Positions 58,239 through 64,000 of a stretch of DNA of 64,000 bases are shown here, in pieces. Each line of letters opens with the position of its first letter. Position 1 is the stretch's first letter. The position numbers and the translations under genes are program-made. The DNA is from the human T2T-CHM13v2.0 reference genome, Homo sapiens. The notes under the pieces were generated by a model, which was given only the letters and a program-made list of their open reading frames with translations, was not told the origin of the DNA and did not search any database. The stretch is taken from NCBI RefSeq assembly GCF_009914755.1, contig NC_060939.1; one strand, written 5' to 3'.

Positions 58239-59564
58239 GCTTGCTAGAACTTCCAGAATGCAGTACTGAATTGGCGGGTCATGGAGAATGTGTTTGTTTA
58301 ACTCTACAGTTAATGTCAGATTGCTTTCCACAGCAGTTGTATTAGTTTTCATTTCCACTAGTAGAATGTAAAAGTTCTCAATGATTTATCTCCTTTCCAG
58401 TATTAGGCATTATCAGACAGGTTAATTTTTACTGATATATAAGATATAAAATGGTATCAGTGTATGCTAATGGACATTTCTCTGATCATTAACTATTGAT
58501 ATTGTATAATGTTTATGTGTATACATATCATTCACGTTTCCTCTTCTGTGAAATGCCTGTTTGTATTTATTTTCTGGTTTTAAATTTAGTTCTTTGCTTT
58601 TTCACTACTGATTTAAGAGTGCTTTGTGTATCTTGAATATGAACCCTCTGCTTTTTATTCCATGTAATATTTTCTCCACTTTATGACTTGTAAAGTGTCT
58701 TTAGCTAAACAGAAGTCCTTGATTTTAGTGTATTTGAATGTATCCATTTTATTTCTTTGTGTTAACACTCTCTTTTTCTTGTTTAGGAAATTATTGATCC
58801 CAAGGTTATAGACATATTCTCCTATATTGCTTTCTAAAATTATTGAGGTTTTGCACTTCACAGTTAAGTTTTTATACACTTAGAGTTAAATTTTCTGTAT
58901 GGGGTAAATAAGGGATCTAATTTCATTTTTCATTAAGGGATCTAATTTTCTTTTTTCCCCATATTGGCAATGAGTTACTACAGGAACATTTATTGAATAG
59001 TCTTTCCCTTTCAACAAATTTCCAGGGCCATTTCTTTTCAGTACCAAGTTTCTATATATATGTCTATCTTTTTCTGGCCTCTGTATTTGCTCCATTGGAC
59101 ATTTCTATGTCTGTACAAGTAACATGCTGTCTTAATTACTATGGCCTTATAATAATCTGTGTAGGGCAAATCAGTTCGCATTATTCTTTGGGAGTGTCTT
59201 AGTTATTCTTAGACATTTGCTCTTCCTTATGAAATTTGAAATTATCACATCAATTTTCCTTGAAAAATCATTTAAGAATTTTTATCAGTATTGTATTGAG
59301 TCTATAGATCAATATGAGAACACTAAAATCATTCTGACATTGAGCCATTCTATCTATGAACATAGTGTATAAGCTTTACATTTAATTAAGTCTTCTTTGA
59401 CATTTTCTAATAAAGTTTTACAATTTTCTACACAAAGGTCTTATACATCTTTATTTTATATTTAATCCTAGGTTCCTTGTTATTTTTATTATAAATTATG
59501 TGTATGTTTTTCTAATTAATTTTTTATTTTGGTTGCTAATGCTTAGAAGTCCAAATGATCATCT

Positions 59565-59879
59565 GGCCATGGTGGCTCATGTTTGTAATGCTGGTAGCAC
59601 TTTGGGATGCTGAGGCAGGCAGATCACGTGAGCCCAGGAGTTCGAGACCAGCCCTGGGTGAAACCCGTCTCTACAAAAAAAATAATAATAATTGAAAAAT
59701 AGAAAAAATGTTAGCTAGGCATGGTGGTGTGTGCCTATATTCCCAGCTACTGAAGAGGCTAGGGTGGGAGGATTACCTAAACACAGGGAGGCTGACGCTG
59801 CAGTGAGCCATGATCATACCGCTTCACTCCAGCCTGGGTGGCAGAGTAAGACCCTGTCTTAAAAAAAAAAAAAAAAAAA
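59565..59879 (+). mobile_element. Alu (AluJ-like)
   Basis: Sense Alu with an A tail. Degenerate TSD agaagtccaaatgat / aaaagtacaactgat. Confidence 0.9.
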
Positions 59880-61141
59880 GTACAACTGATGTTATATCAA
59901 AACAGCTTTCTAAACTCTTATTAATTTAAATCAGTTTTATGTAGGAACTTTTGTAATTTCTAGTACATAATTATGTAATCTGTGAATAATGGCCATTTTG
60001 GCTTTTTTCCTTTTCCAAATTCTTGTATATCTAATTTCTTTTTTAATGGCCATTTTGAGTTTGTTTCTTTTCCAATTTTTATAAATTTTATTTCTTAACC
60101 TTTGCAATGGCTAGAACCTCCAGCAAAATGTTGAATGGGGGCAGTATTATTTTGTTCCTGATTTGTTCAAGAGAACACTTCTGACATTCTGCCATTGAAA
60201 ATCAAGTTTGCTGTAAGTTTATGCTTGTATTAGCTCAATAAACCCTCTTCTATTCCCAGTGTACTAAGAGATTTATTTTTTAAATCATGAACATGTGTTG
60301 AATTTTATCTGACACATTTTCTCTATTAAGATGATCATTTGGTTTTACTTTTTTAATCTGTCAGTGTGATAAATTACAGAAACAGATTTTATAATGTTAA
60401 ACTATCCTTGCATTCCATGGATAAATCCAACTTGGTTATGATATATTTCTATTTTTATTAAATTAATTTTATAACATGACTATTTTTAAGAGGGTTCTTT
60501 AAAAAAATATATATTTGAGAGTGCCTGTAAACTTTTCTTTCTTATGGTTTACTTTCCTGTTTTGCTATAAGGCTATACCAGTCTTATAAATTCATTTCAG
60601 AAGTACTGCCTTGTTTTCTAATGTCTGGAGGATTTTCTATAATATAAAATTATTGTAATTTATTCCTAGAAAGTCACCTAAAAAACTGGCTAAGCCTGAT
60701 GTGTTTTTCCCCCACAGGGAAATTTTAAACCACCAGTTATTTTTATTTAATAATTATAGGAGTATTAAGGCTTTCTATTTATTCTTGGAAAATGTTTAAA
60801 AGTTAAATATGTCTAGGAATTTGTCCATTTCATCTACGTTTTCCAGTTTATTAACATAAATATGTTCATTATACCTTCTAATTATCTACAGCATCTGCAG
60901 ATCTCCAGGTGCTGCAGAGCCCTTTTTTGTTTCCTAATATTGTTCAATTGTGCCTTTTATTTTATTAACCATCCTTTCCAGAATACTGTAAATTTTACTA
61001 ATCTTCATAAAAAAATCAACTTTTGGCTTTGTTCTTCCTCTTCATTGAAGCTTTGTTTTCTATTCCATTCAATTCTGCTCTTTCCGCGGGTTTATTTATG
61101 TCATCATTTTTTTCTTTAACTTTAGTAACTTTTAAAATTTA

Positions 61142-61475
<334 letters not shown>

Positions 61476-61583
61476 TTAATCTGTTCTAATGTATTAAAGA
61501 TGGCAATTTTTTCTTGTAGTGTTACTTATGTTGCATCTCTTAAGTTTTGATATACAGTATTTTTATTATTAGTCAGTTTTAAG

Positions 61584-61870
61584 GTTTTTTTGTTTTGTTT
61601 TAAGACAGAGTCTCACTCTGTTGCAGTGGCAGGATCACAGCTCATACAGCCTCAACCTCCTGGGCTGAAGTGATCCTTCCACCTCAGCTTCCCCAGTAGC
61701 TGGGACCACAGATGCATGCCACCACATCTGGCTAATTTTTTAAAATTTTTTGTAGAGATGGGGTCTTTCTATGTTGACCAAGCTGATCTTGGACTCCTGG
61801 GCTCAAGCAATCCTTCCACCTTGGCCTCCCAAAGTGCTGGGATTACACGCGTGAGCCACTGCCCCTGGCC
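61584..61870 (-). mobile_element. Alu (AluJ-like) with a small deletion
   Basis: Antisense Alu with TSD tcagttttaa. Confidence 0.92.
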
Positions 61871-62694
61871 TCAGTTTTAAATATTTTTAAAATTTTTCAT
61901 TATGATATTTTCTCTGACCCAAGCACTATTTAATTATATTTTTAAGTATGGAGGGTTTCGGTGTTTTTTTAAATTTGAAATTAATTTCTAACTTGATTAT
62001 ATTGTGGTCTGAGAATGTGGTATGTGCGATGCTGATTTTTCTGAGATTTGTTGAGACTTGCTTTATGGCTTAGTATGTGAGCAGCCTCTGTAAACACGCC
62101 AAGTGTGCTTGAGAAAAATGTTGGTTTTGATGAACATTCTTGATAATTGGTTCGGAGACTTTTATATTTCTATTAAATCAAGGTTGTAGATTAGGTTGTT
62201 CAAGTCTTCTGTGTCTTTTCTAATGTGCGCTGCCTCATCTGTCAGTATTCGAAGAAGACATGTTGAAACCTCCCACCAGCATCTTTGTTGGCCTGTGGAG
62301 GGGTGGGGCATGGCTGACCTCAGCATTCTTCAGGCAATCCTTTCCTTGATGTTAGTGGCCACTCTAGCTTTTGCTCACTGTACCTGTGGTTTCTGAGTTT
62401 AGAATTTTTTCATCTCTGCAATAGTCTGTTTTGGTGGTTTCTTCTGCTGTGGTTTCTTGCCAACATAAACTTTCTAATATCCAGAAATTCCTCAGAATGT
62501 TTTATCTGGTAATCATATCCTTTCTTGTTTTATAGTTGTCATTACAACTTGTGTGTTTTCTGCGATTTGAATGGAATTTTGCAAAGGAAAGAGGAAAACA
62601 AATACCTTTGCTCAATCTGCCATCTTGACCCTACATAAGACACATTTTTATCCTTCTTTTCCTCCTTTTTTTTTTTTGCAATAAATGTTTATTG

Positions 62695-62840
62695 GGCAAG
62701 TAATTTTTCTAGACCTCTGCTTCTCTACCTTCTTCCCATAAAATGGGAAGAAGAATAATATTCATCGCAATGACATATAAGGAACATTAATAAGATAATG
62801 TTCATGAAAGTGCTTTGCAAAGTGTAAAGATTTATTCAAA
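62695..62840 (+). mobile_element. MIR fragment
   Basis: 'gggcaagt...cccataaaatgggaag..aataata...aataagataatgttcatgaaagtgcttt'. Confidence 0.6.
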
Positions 62841-63414
62841 TGCAAAGGATGGCCTTTAGTTCCTTACTTTAACTCACTCTCCTTTTGTGTAGCCAGTGTT
62901 ATAAAGCAGCTCAGCTACATTAGAGAAAAGTGATTAATTGTGGTTAGCATATCGTGAGAGGCTCAAACAAAATTTTATTGTTACTTCTTGAGAAAATTTA
63001 CTGCCAAGAAACTATTGAATACCTTAAGAGAAAGTCACATATTTAATAAATGAAAATATTATTTAGTCTAAAAACTAATGCTACAATGAGTATCTTTTTT
63101 CCTCCCTATTGTCTTATACTATACTTTTGACATGCATACTCAATTAGGCATTTCTCCTTTAAAAATAACATTTTACTTAAAAAACCTTATTTTCTGATTC
63201 AGCATATTCAATAAATTTATTTACTTTAGCTTAGAAAGTTAATATGAAGCAACAGAAAGAATGCTGAAATTTCAAGCAAGGCATTTTTAAGGGACAAAAT
63301 GAGTAATTGATGTAAAAGACAGAGTGGTTTATATCAGAATGTATTGAATTCTGCCTGACTACAATATTTTTCATATTCCTACATTGCACCAAGGCAAAAT
63401 AAACAATTCTGAAT

Positions 63415-63690
63415 TAAATTCAACAACCATGTATTGAGTGCTATTTTTTGTGTCAAGTTTTGTGCTAAGTGCTGTGGAATTCATAAAGAGGTGAGACCCA
63501 ATCTGCCCTCTAAAGACAGGAAACAACAAATAGGTTAGTGAGGGCTAAGATATAAATTACTCTAATAAACATATCACACTCTTTTGTGAGATCAGGAACA
63601 GCCTATGGAGAAAGTAGCATTTGAGATGGGATTGAAGAATGCTTAGGGGTTTCGTAGGCAGATATTAGAGGAATGCATTCCAAGTCATTT
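63415..63690 (-). mobile_element. L2 3' end fragment
   Basis: 'attcaacaaccatgtattgagtgct...gtgctaagtgctg...tctgccctc...gcatttgagatggg'. Confidence 0.7.
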
Positions 63691-64000
63691 TTGTAAATGT
63701 TCTGTGGAAGCTTGTAAAGATGTACTTTCCATTTGTGTTATAAATATAGTTGTATATAATACGTGTGCAATTTTCCATGTAATTGTATCATTTCTTTTCT
63801 CTGTGTGGGTATGCTCTTATATTTCTTAGGTTCTACTAGAAGTAACTAAAATTAAGTGACTTCCTAAGTATGTTCCAGCCTTAACATTATCTGAATGTAG
63901 GAGTGACCACTAAACTACAAACACATATCATAAACCCCTTGAATAGAGTTGATGTCTTTTGTATAGTGGGAGAAAATCCATGAGCTTTCAAACACACAGG

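Overview
Primate (most likely human) genomic DNA. It is almost all intronic and rich in interspersed repeats: about 24 Alu copies or fragments, L1M fragments, L2, MIR, MaLR/ERVL LTRs and hAT-Charlie MERs. Only one coding element is convincing. It is a 72-nt signal-peptide-encoding first exon at 50498-50569 (MFVSYLILTLLHVQTAVLARPGGE, phase-0 donor GAG|GTAAGC) preceded by a CpG-enriched promoter and 5'UTR. From memory I recognise it as the N-terminus of the short isoform of THSD4 (ADAMTSL6-beta). The window would therefore lie inside a very large THSD4 intron on the + strand and contain that gene's internal promoter. All other listed ORFs are repeat-derived or unsupported. I see no convincing novel multi-gene system. 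The notable unexplained structures are: (i) three separate short locally templated copies at repeat junctions (a 150-bp inverted duplication at 16.9/17.5 kb, a ~100-bp inverted copy at 36.8/39.4 kb and a 31-bp direct copy at 56.35/58.24 kb); (ii) a very recent 290-bp Alu-Alu tandem duplication at 43.4-44.0 kb; (iii) an AATAAA plus U-rich element 8 nt into the intron after the alternative first exon; (iv) a CpG-retaining 52-bp minisatellite. Repeat boundaries and subfamily calls were made by eye and are approximate.
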